The position numbers were made by a program, and so were the translations under genes. The notes beneath the pieces were generated by a model that saw only the letters and a list, made by a program, of their open reading frames with translations, was not told the DNA's origin and did not search any database. A DNA stretch of 63,037 nt, filler included. It is 4 parts of 4 records of this genome, joined end to end, with 100 filler letters (N's around TTAATTAATTAA, not from the genome) between each part and the next. Parts side by side here need not be neighbours in the genome. Positions count along the whole stretch, not along the records: positions 1 to 24,848 come from SRR20825019_2031; 3 more parts are not named here. One strand, written 5' to 3'. Position 1 is the first letter of the stretch. The number at the start of each line of letters is the position of its first letter. This document shows positions 9,932 through 19,164 of this stretch, one piece after another.

Positions 9932-12572
9932 ATACCATATATTAATTTCGTGCATTGCGCTTGCCGGTTTGGCATTTTTGGCATACACTAAAAAATCTGA
10001 AGTAGTAAAAAGCATCCATTGGAGCGAACGCCTTCTTACATGGGATGATTTCCCTATTATTGGCGATATTCCTGGCGATTATCACGCTATGGTTTATTCT
10101 AACATACAATTTGAAGGGAACCGTGACGACAAATCACTTCGTATTTTTGCTCAAATGATTCCTCACTTATCTGGAAGGGTAATCGAAGATGTAGCCGATA
10201 TGGAACAATTGCTGATTCACGAGCAAAATCATTTCAATATAACAGAATATTACGCCCGACTTTTTAGAAAAGAAGCAATTAGTATTGGTAAAGAAAACTT
10301 GACTAATAGTGATTTACAACGTTTAGGAAAAAAATATTTAGAGAAAATAAACGTGATGCAGGATGTATATGATAAGGAATCCAAGCATAATACAGAATGG
10401 CAAAAACAGCGCTATTGGGAACTACACATAGCAGGTTTGTTGCGTGAAACCGCTTATTTTGCTGAAGAAAATCTTTATCATTATCAAGATTTTCTGAAAG
10501 AAGAAACCCAATGGTATCGAGAAATTTATACTACACTTGATGGCGAATTACTTTCGTTTTATCCAGAAAACACAAAAAATAGTCGTTTTGGTGAGATTTA
10601 CCATATAACTCGAAAAAAGGACAGCATACTAATAAAGTATTTTGAGAACGGAAAACCTACTGCTGGCGGTTATTATGAAGCACCATTGTGTATCATCACT
10701 TTCCCAAATATTTCAACCCGCGAAGTGCATCTTTTTGATTCAAATGGAGCTCCTTTTTCATCTTCAACAGAAGTTCCAATAACACGAAATATTAAAGATA
10801 AAGACGGAAATTTAACGCGTACCTATTATGAGGCAGAAGGGAAACAGATTTCAAAAGAAGGCGTATATACTCAAAAAGGAATTTGGAACGATACCCAGAA
10901 AAGTATGTATTCCAGTTATTACGATGAGAGTGGAAACCATGTAACACGTCGTGGTGCTTTTTATGAACTACGGGAAATGGGTTCAAATAAATTTTCTAAA
11001 AGAATTTCCTATTTCGATAAAGGGGGTAAACCCATGCGCGACAAATATTTTATTTCTACTTATGAATATGAAACTGATGCTAATTTAATGGTAACAACTG
11101 CTAAATGGTTTGATGTAGATGGAGCGTATGCTATTTATAATGAAGGGTATATTTCGGCTTATGATTATGACGAGCGTGGCAAAATAAAATCTATAGACTA
11201 TCTCGATTCATTAGGTAACAAAACAGTGGATGCTAATGGGGTTCAAAAATACACCTATAATTACGACCAATATGGCAACTGTACCGATTTGCGAAAGTTT
11301 AATGTTCGGGGGCTCCCTACAAAAGGACAGGATGATTTTCACCATTCTGTAGTTTTGATTGATTCATTAGAAAGGGTTACATTTTCTGCAAAATATTACC
11401 CAGGTTATGTTTTAAAGTTCACTGAAAATAAAGAGGGCGCTACCACTTACTTATTCGAAGGCGATAGTATAATAAACATAAAGAATGTTGATGCCTATGG
11501 TGACGAAGGGCCGGATGATACAGGAGTTTCATTAACAAAGCAATTTCTAAATGCAAAAAAAAATATTGTGGTTGAACAATTTTTTGATGCTGAAGGCTCT
11601 TGGGCGAAAACACCAAGTGGAGTAGTTTCTTACAAATACAAATATGATGAACGCGGCAATCAAATAGAAATGACAGCGTATGATTCCCTTGGAAAAATCC
11701 GCGCTTGGGAAGAAGACGTAGCAATCAGTCGCTGGGAATATGACAAGAATAACAATAGAATTAAAACTATTTATTTCACAGAAAACAATGAACTGGCAAA
11801 TGCAGTGCAAGGTGCGAGTACTTTAGGGTTTAAATATGATGATAACAATAATTTTTTAGAACGAACCAATTACGACAAAAACAATAAGCCATGTCTTTTT
11901 GATGGTGCTTATAGAACAACAAGCATTTTAAATCGTTTTGGCAACGATTCCATTGTAATAATGTATGATGTGAATAACCAGATTATTAATGGGGCTGGCA
12001 TTATAAAATATGACTATAATTCGCGTGAAATTCTTATTTCAGAAAGCTCTTTTAATAGAAATAATCAAGCTGTTCTTAATGAAGCTGGTATTCACAAAAT
12101 TGTTTATGAACATGATAAATTTGATAGGTATAATGGATATTCATATTATGGCAAGAATGGTGAAAAAGTGAATAATATTGAAGGGATTTCAACCATGGAA
12201 ATCAATTTAAATTTTTCTGGATATATACGCAGTTATGCTTATTACGATAAATATAAAAACCCCGTAATTGGCCCGGAAGGGGTTCATAGTGTGCAAAATC
12301 ATTATAATGATATGGATGAGGTGGTGCGTACATCTACTTACGGTACAGATCAAAAATTAATGGATAATGAAGAAGGTGTAGCGGATTTTGTATACCAAAT
12401 TGATGAAAGCGGTAGAACACTGCGAATTTCTTTATACAATGCCGATGGAGACCTTGTTGAGGATTCCCAGGGCATTGCCGAATACTTTTATTTCCCTACA
12501 CTAAATGGGCTTTTCTATCTAGAAAAGCAACTTAATGCAAAAGGCGAAGAAATTGCAAAAGAAGAAATATAA
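9921..12572 (+). CDS. Exported DUF922-like Zn-protease domain fused to YD/RHS-like 32-aa repeats
   Basis: N-terminal hydrophobic anchor, WSERLLTWDDF and LLIHEQNHFNITE (HExxH), then repeats such as YDYDERG, YNYDQYG, YKYDERG, WEYDKNN spaced 32 aa. Confidence 0.65.
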   Translation: MKLKYHILISCIALAGLAFLAYTKKSEVVKSIHWSERLLTWDDFPIIGDIPGDYHAMVYSNIQFEGNRDDKSLRIFAQMIPHLSGRVIEDVADMEQLLIHEQNHFNITEYYARLFRKEAISIGKENLTNSDLQRLGKKYLEKINVMQDVYDKESKHNTEWQKQRYWELHIAGLLRETAYFAEENLYHYQDFLKEETQWYREIYTTLDGELLSFYPENTKNSRFGEIYHITRKKDSILIKYFENGKPTAGGYYEAPLCIITFPNISTREVHLFDSNGAPFSSSTEVPITRNIKDKDGNLTRTYYEAEGKQISKEGVYTQKGIWNDTQKSMYSSYYDESGNHVTRRGAFYELREMGSNKFSKRISYFDKGGKPMRDKYFISTYEYETDANLMVTTAKWFDVDGAYAIYNEGYISAYDYDERGKIKSIDYLDSLGNKTVDANGVQKYTYNYDQYGNCTDLRKFNVRGLPTKGQDDFHHSVVLIDSLERVTFSAKYYPGYVLKFTENKEGATTYLFEGDSIINIKNVDAYGDEGPDDTGVSLTKQFLNAKKNIVVEQFFDAEGSWAKTPSGVVSYKYKYDERGNQIEMTAYDSLGKIRAWEEDVAISRWEYDKNNNRIKTIYFTENNELANAVQGASTLGFKYDDNNNFLERTNYDKNNKPCLFDGAYRTTSILNRFGNDSIVIMYDVNNQIINGAGIIKYDYNSREILISESSFNRNNQAVLNEAGIHKIVYEHDKFDRYNGYSYYGKNGEKVNNIEGISTMEINLNFSGYIRSYAYYDKYKNPVIGPEGVHSVQNHYNDMDEVVRTSTYGTDQKLMDNEEGVADFVYQIDESGRTLRISLYNADGDLVEDSQGIAEYFYFPTLNGLFYLEKQLNAKGEEIAKEEI

Positions 12573-12617
12573 AGCTTATTAAAGATTTTTTTTAGTTAGA
12601 ATAATTGTCTTTATAAT

Positions 12618-12800
12618 GTGTTAAAAAAGACGCTTTTATTATACTTTATTATTGGTTTTACCTCGATTTTTTACGGTCATGAACAAACTCCCTCTGATTC
12701 TTTACAAGCCTATTTACAAACCTATTTCAACTATTTTTTTAGTGAAGCTAAGAGAATCAACAAATCAATAACAAACGTCGTTCACCAGCTTTTTCTTTAG
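12618..12800 (+). pseudogene. Possible 5' remnant of a secreted protein gene
   Basis: Signal-peptide-like start (MLKKTLLLYFIIGFTSIFYG-HEQ..DSL), then the frame runs into the convergent DUF1826 gene and stops at 60 aa. Confidence 0.3.
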
Positions 12801-13491
12801 GGGCGCGGTGTACACAGGGAAGCACTTTGCTTTCAGGATGAGCTACCGCCAACCGCCATAAGTTGCCAATCTCTAAATTAATGGGTTTTGCATTTGGTTT
12901 TGCTTGGTAGTGTAGGTCGAAAAAATATTCACTTAAAAAGGCTTCAAAGCCTCTGCCTTCTTTCCCTTGGTATAGATTTTTGAGTGCTGTACGTATTTCG
13001 GGGACAAGTATTTTTTGGACTGCTTGTTCATTTGGAAGTATGTCACTAGCAGCACCGTGATAGGTACATAAAAATGTATCGGTGGCTATAGGAGACCGAT
13101 CTACATGAAAGGAATAAACATCTGTTGGAAACCAAGGCAGATCTTCATCACGCTCATAATTTTCAATTACATTTAGAATTGGAGCTGCACCATAGGCTTC
13201 CAACAATTTTATGTCATTTAATAATATTTCCCGCGCAAGTTTGCCTTGTTCACTCAGTTGAAGTGTGAGCAATTCCTCAGGACTAACTGTCGCCATAGTT
13301 CCGGTACAGATTAGTTTATTAGCAATTTCAGAAAAATCACCGATTAATGTACGGTTCCAGCACAACGCATTAATATTACCTTGAAAAGGCGTAGTAACAA
13401 GCTCTTGAAAATCTGTAACGCATTTAATTTGAGAGGGGGTAAGGGGAGGCTTTTTCATGATGAGAAATAATAGCACAATATTATTTTCCAA
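12757..13491 (-). CDS. DUF1826 family protein (putative Fe(II)-binding dioxygenase-like fold)
   Basis: SFHVD (HxD), LCTYHG, HRAP, RLLLIC; true start may be 13458. Confidence 0.75.
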   Translation of the reverse strand: MENNIVLLFLIMKKPPLTPSQIKCVTDFQELVTTPFQGNINALCWNRTLIGDFSEIANKLICTGTMATVSPEELLTLQLSEQGKLAREILLNDIKLLEAYGAAPILNVIENYERDEDLPWFPTDVYSFHVDRSPIATDTFLCTYHGAASDILPNEQAVQKILVPEIRTALKNLYQGKEGRGFEAFLSEYFFDLHYQAKPNAKPINLEIGNLWRLAVAHPESKVLPCVHRAPKEKAGERRLLLIC

Positions 13492-13578
13492 AAGTAGTGA
13501 TAATAAGCTTTTTCGAAAGAATTAAAAGTTGTTTGGTTTTGATACCTTATTAGTAGGGCTTTCTAAAGAATCACTTAA

Positions 13579-14205
13579 TTACTTTGGCTTCCAAAATTTA
13601 ACTGCATATTTCAATAGAGCATTTTTATCAGATTCTATCCCTAGTTTTCTTATGATTGAAGCTCTCTGTGCTTCGATGGTTTTTTCAGATAAAAAAAGCA
13701 TATTGGCAATCTCTTTGGTAGTTTTTTGTGCTACTATTAATTCGAAAACTTTCTTTTCAGAAAAGGTTAATTTACCTAATGCTTCACCTTTTAAATAGTC
13801 GATATCGGTTTCAATATCTAGCTTTATTCTATGGCTATAATAGACTTCATTTTTTTGTAAATAATTAATGCAGCTTTTTAATTCGTCTAAAGCGTTTTGC
13901 TTTAATAAATAGGCATTAATTTTAAGAGATTCCGCCTTTTTGAAAATGCTTTTTTCTTTGTGGGATGTTAGTAGGATAATCTTTGTAGGAATTTGATACA
14001 GCCTAATATTTTCGGCAATTTCCAAGCCATCCATGTCGGGCATGCTTATGTCGAGAATTGCAAATTCTGGTTTTAATCTTTTAATTGCCATCCACGCCTC
14101 ATGACCGTTGTTGTGGCTTTCTAAAACAACATGCCCCATCCCTTCAAGCAAAACTTGTGTGCCTAGAAGGGAAAGGGGAAAGTCGTCTGCAATTACAAAG
14201 TACAT
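13579..14205 (-). CDS. NarL/FixJ family response regulator
   Basis: IADD, ILDISMPDMDG receiver, YLLK, C-terminal LuxR HTH (KEIANMLFLSEKTIE). Confidence 0.92.
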   Translation of the reverse strand: MYFVIADDFPLSLLGTQVLLEGMGHVVLESHNNGHEAWMAIKRLKPEFAILDISMPDMDGLEIAENIRLYQIPTKIILLTSHKEKSIFKKAESLKINAYLLKQNALDELKSCINYLQKNEVYYSHRIKLDIETDIDYLKGEALGKLTFSEKKVFELIVAQKTTKEIANMLFLSEKTIEAQRASIIRKLGIESDKNALLKYAVKFWKPK

Positions 14206-14216
14206 AACCTAGTATT

Positions 14217-16217
14217 TTATTTTGGAATTGTAATATTAATTACCGTTCCGTTGTTAGTCGATTTAAAGCGAACCGTCCCATTAATAAATTTGGTGCGTTC
14301 GGTGATGTTTAATAAACCAAAGCAGTTGCCTTTCTCTAACATTCTGTCGGCGTCAAAACCTTTTCCATTGTCTTTTATTTCGGCATACACAAACTCAGCA
14401 TCTTCGAAAATGGTTATTTTTCCAGCCAATGCTTCGGCATGTTTCATCATGTTTGTTGTAGCTTCTTGAATTATTCGGTACAATTGCAATTCAACTGTAT
14501 TGCTTAAATCGCCGTTGTAATTTACATCAGAGGTAAGTAAAAAGCTATGTTGATTTTGCGCCCGGTCTGTTAATTGTTCTATGCTCAGTTTTAATCCTAA
14601 TTTGTCAAAAAGTGTGGGGCTAAGATTTCTACTAATATTACGAACCTCTTCAAGAATTGTATCAATTTTCGCACTGAATTTAGAACTGTTAGTTTCAAGA
14701 GCGTGGCGTAGATTAACCAGTTCGTTGCTTACACTATCATGCAAATCAGACGCAATACGTTTACGTTCCTCCTCCGTTTTACTTAGCAAAAGAGAGGTAA
14801 AGTTTTCAGCTAATAGTTTTTCTCTTACAATACTTCTGTTTTTGCTCCAGATAAGAAGTATTACAAAAATCAAAATCAAAAATATTGCTCCTCCTCCCAA
14901 CGAAACAATCATTTCCTTCTGTGATTGTAGTTGTTTTTCTTGTAATAATATTTTTTTCTCTTTTTGCTCAGTTTTAAATTTTCGCTCCAACTCAAACAAC
15001 TTGCCATTTATAAGCTCTTTCGATTCTTTATCTTGGTTGTTTAACAAGAAGTTTGCATAACTATTCGCTTTTTTATAGTCACCTTTCTTAGTGTAATAGG
15101 TATGTAATCCACTTCCCAATTGGATCATAAATTGTGTGTTTGGTTCTTCCTCAGATGCAATTTCATTGTAGAATTCTTCTGCTTCTTCAGGATTTTTTAA
15201 AGGCTTATCAAAAATTTCGGCATACATTATTTCTTGAAAAAGCGTTCGCATTTGCAAATCAGGACTGTTGCTTTGATCCGTCATTTCTCTTGCTATTTTT
15301 AAGTAATTCAATGCTTCCTTATCTTCCCTTTGAGCAATGTGTTTAAAAGCTAAAAGTTGGTTTAAAACAGCTTTGTGATAGTTATTGATTTTAGGATATG
15401 TTTTGGCCTCAATGGCCATTGAATCAATATATTTAATAGCGCCTATAGTATCGGCTTTAGCGATGTTAAAATTAACATAGAGTGAATAGGCCGAAAAAGT
15501 AAGCGACTTACTACCTTGTTCTTTAACTATATTTAACCCTTTTTTTAGGTTTTTTTCTGCTTCGTCTAAGGCAGCGGTTTTTACAAAAATATCGTGTAAC
15601 AATAGATAAACAGTGCCTTGATTTTTTACATCGCCTATTTCTTCAAATATGCGTAAGGCTGCAATGAGATATTTTTCAGTATTTTCAAAATCTCTAAGTA
15701 GCGAATAGTTTTGTGCAAGTGAAAAGTTTGTAAAACCTATAATCTGCTTGTGCGATTTGGATTCAGGTTTTAATTCAATGCCTTTTTTAAACCATTCAAA
15801 ACTGGGGTCTAAATCGTGGTTAAAATAACTTTGGGCTCCTAGGTAATAACACAAGTAACTTTGAGATTCGGCACTAATATGGTCTTTGTGGGTATTGTAG
15901 AAATTGCGACTCGTATTAAAATACATGCTGTCAAAATGTATATTTCTATCTAAGGCATTGCCATAGGCTTTTAGATAGATAGCCGCCTTCTCATAGTTTT
16001 TGTTTTCTAGTTGATGGTTGAAGTAATAAAAAGCGCTGTCTTGGTACGCTTTATTGCTATAGTTAGCTCCATTTTCTAACCATTCATATGCAGGAAGCGT
16101 ATGCCGATATGCCTCTAAATCTTTTTCAATAGATAGTTCTTTTTCTGAGGAAGTATTGCAGCTAAAAGTTAACAAACAACATGTTGCAATCAGAAATAAG
16201 GTAGTGAGGTGTTTCAT
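14217..16217 (-). CDS. TPR-containing sensor histidine kinase (HisKA_3)
   Basis: Lipoprotein-like signal (LTFSC), helical sensor, TM, EEERKRIASDLHD H-box, QEATTNMMKHA N-box, DNGKGF, FGLLNI. Confidence 0.9.
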   Translation of the reverse strand: MKHLTTLFLIATCCLLTFSCNTSSEKELSIEKDLEAYRHTLPAYEWLENGANYSNKAYQDSAFYYFNHQLENKNYEKAAIYLKAYGNALDRNIHFDSMYFNTSRNFYNTHKDHISAESQSYLCYYLGAQSYFNHDLDPSFEWFKKGIELKPESKSHKQIIGFTNFSLAQNYSLLRDFENTEKYLIAALRIFEEIGDVKNQGTVYLLLHDIFVKTAALDEAEKNLKKGLNIVKEQGSKSLTFSAYSLYVNFNIAKADTIGAIKYIDSMAIEAKTYPKINNYHKAVLNQLLAFKHIAQREDKEALNYLKIAREMTDQSNSPDLQMRTLFQEIMYAEIFDKPLKNPEEAEEFYNEIASEEEPNTQFMIQLGSGLHTYYTKKGDYKKANSYANFLLNNQDKESKELINGKLFELERKFKTEQKEKKILLQEKQLQSQKEMIVSLGGGAIFLILIFVILLIWSKNRSIVREKLLAENFTSLLLSKTEEERKRIASDLHDSVSNELVNLRHALETNSSKFSAKIDTILEEVRNISRNLSPTLFDKLGLKLSIEQLTDRAQNQHSFLLTSDVNYNGDLSNTVELQLYRIIQEATTNMMKHAEALAGKITIFEDAEFVYAEIKDNGKGFDADRMLEKGNCFGLLNITERTKFINGTVRFKSTNNGTVINITIPK

Positions 16218-16383
16218 TTAAGGGGACTTATCTATTTTAACTATCCTTTTTTTACAAATTTGGATATTTTTCAAATATAAAATTTAATTACATTTAGTTC
16301 TTAATCACTACCAGTTTATTCGCAAATTAATGATGTGATGCATACTATCTAATTTCAGCAGTATATCGCAGTTGAGCCATATT

Positions 16384-16510
16384 CTGGATGACGGTTTGGC
16401 ATGCTAAACACAGCACAAAACAGATGGCAAATTATAGGATTTCAATTAGTTAAACATGTGATTTATACAAAAACATAAACTGGTTATATTTTAAAAATGT
16501 GGTTAGCCAT
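16384..16510 (-). repeat. Degenerate attC-like element 1
   Basis: Minus strand begins ATGGCTAAC 15 nt after the stop of the 16525 gene and ends GTCATCCAG (6/9 complementary); interior pairing poor. Confidence 0.35.
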
Positions 16511-16524
16511 ATATTTTTTCTTTA

Positions 16525-16932
16525 TTATCGATATTTAACAACTCCTTTTATACTTATAGCTTGATCATTTGCATTATAACTATATTGTTCTGACTCGTAA
16601 TTTTCACCATTTAATGGTAAAATCAAGCTGCCTTTTTTATTAGAAAAATAAACCTCAACTTTAGATTTATCTTTATTAAAAACAACAGAAGCACTTTGTT
16701 CTTTATTCTCTAACATTTCTAGTCTTATTCCTAGCTCCCAAATTCTAATGCATTCATTTCTAATTTCACTCCATGTAAATCCTGCCGAACCAATGCAACC
16801 ATGTTCATCTTTATCTCCACCTACAATAACAGATGGAATTTTATCGGTTACATTTTGAGCTTCACTATTTTGCTTAACGTTTATACAAGACATTAGCATT
16901 AGTAGACAAACTACTGTGTATATTTTTTTCAT
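16525..16932 (-). CDS. Hypothetical lipoprotein
   Basis: Probable start MKKIYTVVCLLMLMSC (lipobox) at 16932; VGGDKDEHGCIGSAGFTWS..CIRIWE Cys-pair motif. Confidence 0.7.
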   Translation of the reverse strand: MKKIYTVVCLLMLMSCINVKQNSEAQNVTDKIPSVIVGGDKDEHGCIGSAGFTWSEIRNECIRIWELGIRLEMLENKEQSASVVFNKDKSKVEVYFSNKKGSLILPLNGENYESEQYSYNANDQAISIKGVVKYR

Positions 16933-16961
16933 TTGGATTTTTTGTTTTAGATATAAAGTTT

Positions 16962-17016
16962 CTTTAACGCACACCTATTAAAACACTAAATAGCAATTAT
17001 TTTACAAGTTGTTAGC
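16962..17016 (-). repeat. Short or internally deleted attC-like element 2
   Basis: Minus strand GCTAAC...GTTAAAG, starting 1 nt after the stop of a mini-ORF. Confidence 0.3.
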
Positions 17017-17017
17017 T

Positions 17018-17083
17018 TTAGACTTTTCGTGCATCTGGACTTATCAAAGAAGCTCCATGATGTACTGCTAATGAAATGAGCAT
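17018..17083 (-). pseudogene. 21-aa mini-ORF, possible collapsed cassette remnant
   Basis: MLISLAVHHGASLISPDARKV* lies between two attC-like elements. Confidence 0.25.
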
Positions 17084-17107
17084 TTTTCGTATTTTATTTG
17101 CGAAATG

Positions 17108-17244
17108 ATACACAATAGTAAAATGCGTGAGTAGTGGCAAGTTGCATAACACTTTTCTGCCAAAGTGCTACGCAGTATAAGTGAGCTAAAGATTTTGATG
17201 CTTAGCACTTTTCCTTGCCATTACTGATTCAACATGTAATATGC
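17108..17244 (-). repeat. Nested palindromic attC-like element 3
   Basis: agtagtggcaag (17130-17141) pairs with cttgccattact (17214-17225); inner aaagtgcta (17162-17170) pairs with tagcacttt (17203-17211); starts 2 nt after the stop of the 17247 gene. Confidence 0.55.
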
Positions 17245-17246
17245 TT

Positions 17247-18005
17247 TTATTTTTTTATTATCTGCCCTGCTTGATTTAAAATGATCTTGTCATTTTGAAA
17301 GACAACCAACGCTGCTGATGGCCTCTCATTGATTCCTATAACATTTACAACGCAGGTATACGTATAGCTACCATTGATAAATTCATAGCGGTGATTTCCT
17401 CCGTTACCGTCAGGAATGTAAGCTCCGTTTTTGACTATCAAACTAGGTTGCTCACTCATTTCAGAATCTATGGGCCAAGAAGCATATCTATATGTCAAAT
17501 CTTCTAACTGATCTATTCTAATTTTAAATTTTTTGGTCTCTATGATTAAAATAGGCTCTATAAAATTCTTTAAACTTTCGTGAATTGATTTTTTCTTTCT
17601 TTCGATGAGTTCAATTCTTTTGTTGTATTCAGAATCTGATTCATAGTTTACAGCTATGAGTTTTCCTTTAGAGTTAAGCCACAATTCTCCTATGTTAAAC
17701 ATGATTCCCCTAGAACCAACCGAGGACCAATCTGTTTTAATATTTGATGAAATAATTAAAGATTTTAAACTGTCATCAAAAACTTCATGATATCGTTTCT
17801 TAAAATCAAATTCGTTTTTAATGTCTAAAAGAGGTGTATTTCTTTTTAAAGGATAAACAATTAGAGTTTTCAGTTTCTCTACATTATTACTTTTAATACA
17901 GTCAACAAATATTTTTACAGTTTCTAAATCCTCCTTGTTCAATTCTTGAGAAAAACCCAGTTTGAAAAATAAAAGAAGTACTATAAATAGAATTGGTCTT
18001 TTCAT
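17247..18005 (-). CDS. Hypothetical secreted protein
   Basis: Probable start MKRPILFIVLLLFFKLGFSQ (SPI) at 18005; RGIMFNIGELWL, YRYASW, GNGGNHRYEF motifs. Confidence 0.7.
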   Translation of the reverse strand: MKRPILFIVLLLFFKLGFSQELNKEDLETVKIFVDCIKSNNVEKLKTLIVYPLKRNTPLLDIKNEFDFKKRYHEVFDDSLKSLIISSNIKTDWSSVGSRGIMFNIGELWLNSKGKLIAVNYESDSEYNKRIELIERKKKSIHESLKNFIEPILIIETKKFKIRIDQLEDLTYRYASWPIDSEMSEQPSLIVKNGAYIPDGNGGNHRYEFINGSYTYTCVVNVIGINERPSAALVVFQNDKIILNQAGQIIKK

Positions 18006-18081
18006 CTTAATGGGGTATAAATTTATGATAGGTCTTCTTGAAGTCAATTTCAGAATTCTTGCTGAACACCTGGTATTTGTT

Positions 18082-18591
18082 TTAAGGATTGCAACTAGTC
18101 AAAATTGAAGTAAGCACATCAGACTGGTCAAATACAAGTACACAACTAGACTCGTAATTGGCTTTAGCAGCTGAATCTTTATAATAGATACGGTATCGAC
18201 TTTCTGGGCCACCATCTTCATAAGGCGCTAATTTATCACCAAGAAGTGCCTGTACTTCACTTAAGGTCTTTCCCATAACCTTTTGGTTTACACCTTCTAA
18301 TTTGACATCCTTATGAATGCATCTTATAATGTATAAATAATAATTGCCATTACTGTCATAAGCAAAATTTAATTCCAATTCAATATTGTCATAGTTAACC
18401 ATAACAGTATCGTCTTCTGCAAGATCTATTGGTGTGATTTTTTCTGCTTCTAAATAGGACATTCCTACTTTCAAATCCTTGTAACCTTTATCATTAAACT
18501 GTCCGTACCCTGAAATACTTAGCATAAATAATAATGCGTACATTAATTTTTTTATGCTTTTCATTTTATAATTTATTTGAATTGCTTTCAT
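18082..18591 (-). CDS. Hypothetical secreted protein, paralog of 18618-19106
   Basis: Signal peptide, GQFNDKGYKDLKVGMSY; true start probably 18564. Confidence 0.75.
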   Translation of the reverse strand: MKAIQINYKMKSIKKLMYALLFMLSISGYGQFNDKGYKDLKVGMSYLEAEKITPIDLAEDDTVMVNYDNIELELNFAYDSNGNYYLYIIRCIHKDVKLEGVNQKVMGKTLSEVQALLGDKLAPYEDGGPESRYRIYYKDSAAKANYESSCVLVFDQSDVLTSILTSCNP

Positions 18592-18617
18592 GATTCTTTA
18601 AAACTTTAGTATTTATT

Positions 18618-19106
18618 TTAAGGATTGAAACCAGCCATAATTGAAATAAGCACACCAGAGTCGTTAAATTCTAATATACAACTAGTGTCGTAGTTGGTTT
18701 TTGCAACTGAATCTTTATAATAAATGTAGTATGGGCTTCCAGGCCCAGCATCTTCAAAATGCACTAATTTATCACCAAGAATCGACTTTACTTCACTTAA
18801 AGACTTTCCCATGATTTTTTGGCTTACTCCATCTAATTTTGCATCAATATCAAAGGTTTTTATCTTCCATACTATTTGAGGATCCTCACTATTATCGACA
18901 AAAGTTATTTCCAACTCTTCAATATTATTATAGTTTACCATTGCTTGATCAAAATCACCAAAAAAGTTTATTGGTGTAATAATTTTTTCTAATTCTGAAT
19001 AGGTCATCCCTAGCTTTATATCCTTATAGCCTTTGTCATTAAATTGTCCATAGCTAGAAATGCTTGCCGTAAGTAAAAAGGCGAATGCGAAAATTTGTGT
19101 TTTCAT
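18618..19106 (-). CDS. Hypothetical secreted protein, paralog of 18082-18591
   Basis: Signal peptide, GQFNDKGYKDIKLGMTY; colinear with its neighbour to the C-terminal NP. Confidence 0.75.
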   Translation of the reverse strand: MKTQIFAFAFLLTASISSYGQFNDKGYKDIKLGMTYSELEKIITPINFFGDFDQAMVNYNNIEELEITFVDNSEDPQIVWKIKTFDIDAKLDGVSQKIMGKSLSEVKSILGDKLVHFEDAGPGSPYYIYYKDSVAKTNYDTSCILEFNDSGVLISIMAGFNP

Positions 19107-19164
19107 AATTTTAAATTTTTATCAATTAATATAAATGATGTTATTGTTGCTTTAGAATTACACT

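Noticed and set aside
9921..12572. Classical RHS polymorphic toxin
   Set aside because: No RHS-associated core or DPxG cleavage motif, no C-terminal toxin domain and no downstream immunity gene
16218..17246. CRISPR array or IS element in the intergenic gaps
   Set aside because: No identical direct repeats with spacers, no cas or transposase ORF, no clear terminal repeats with target duplication
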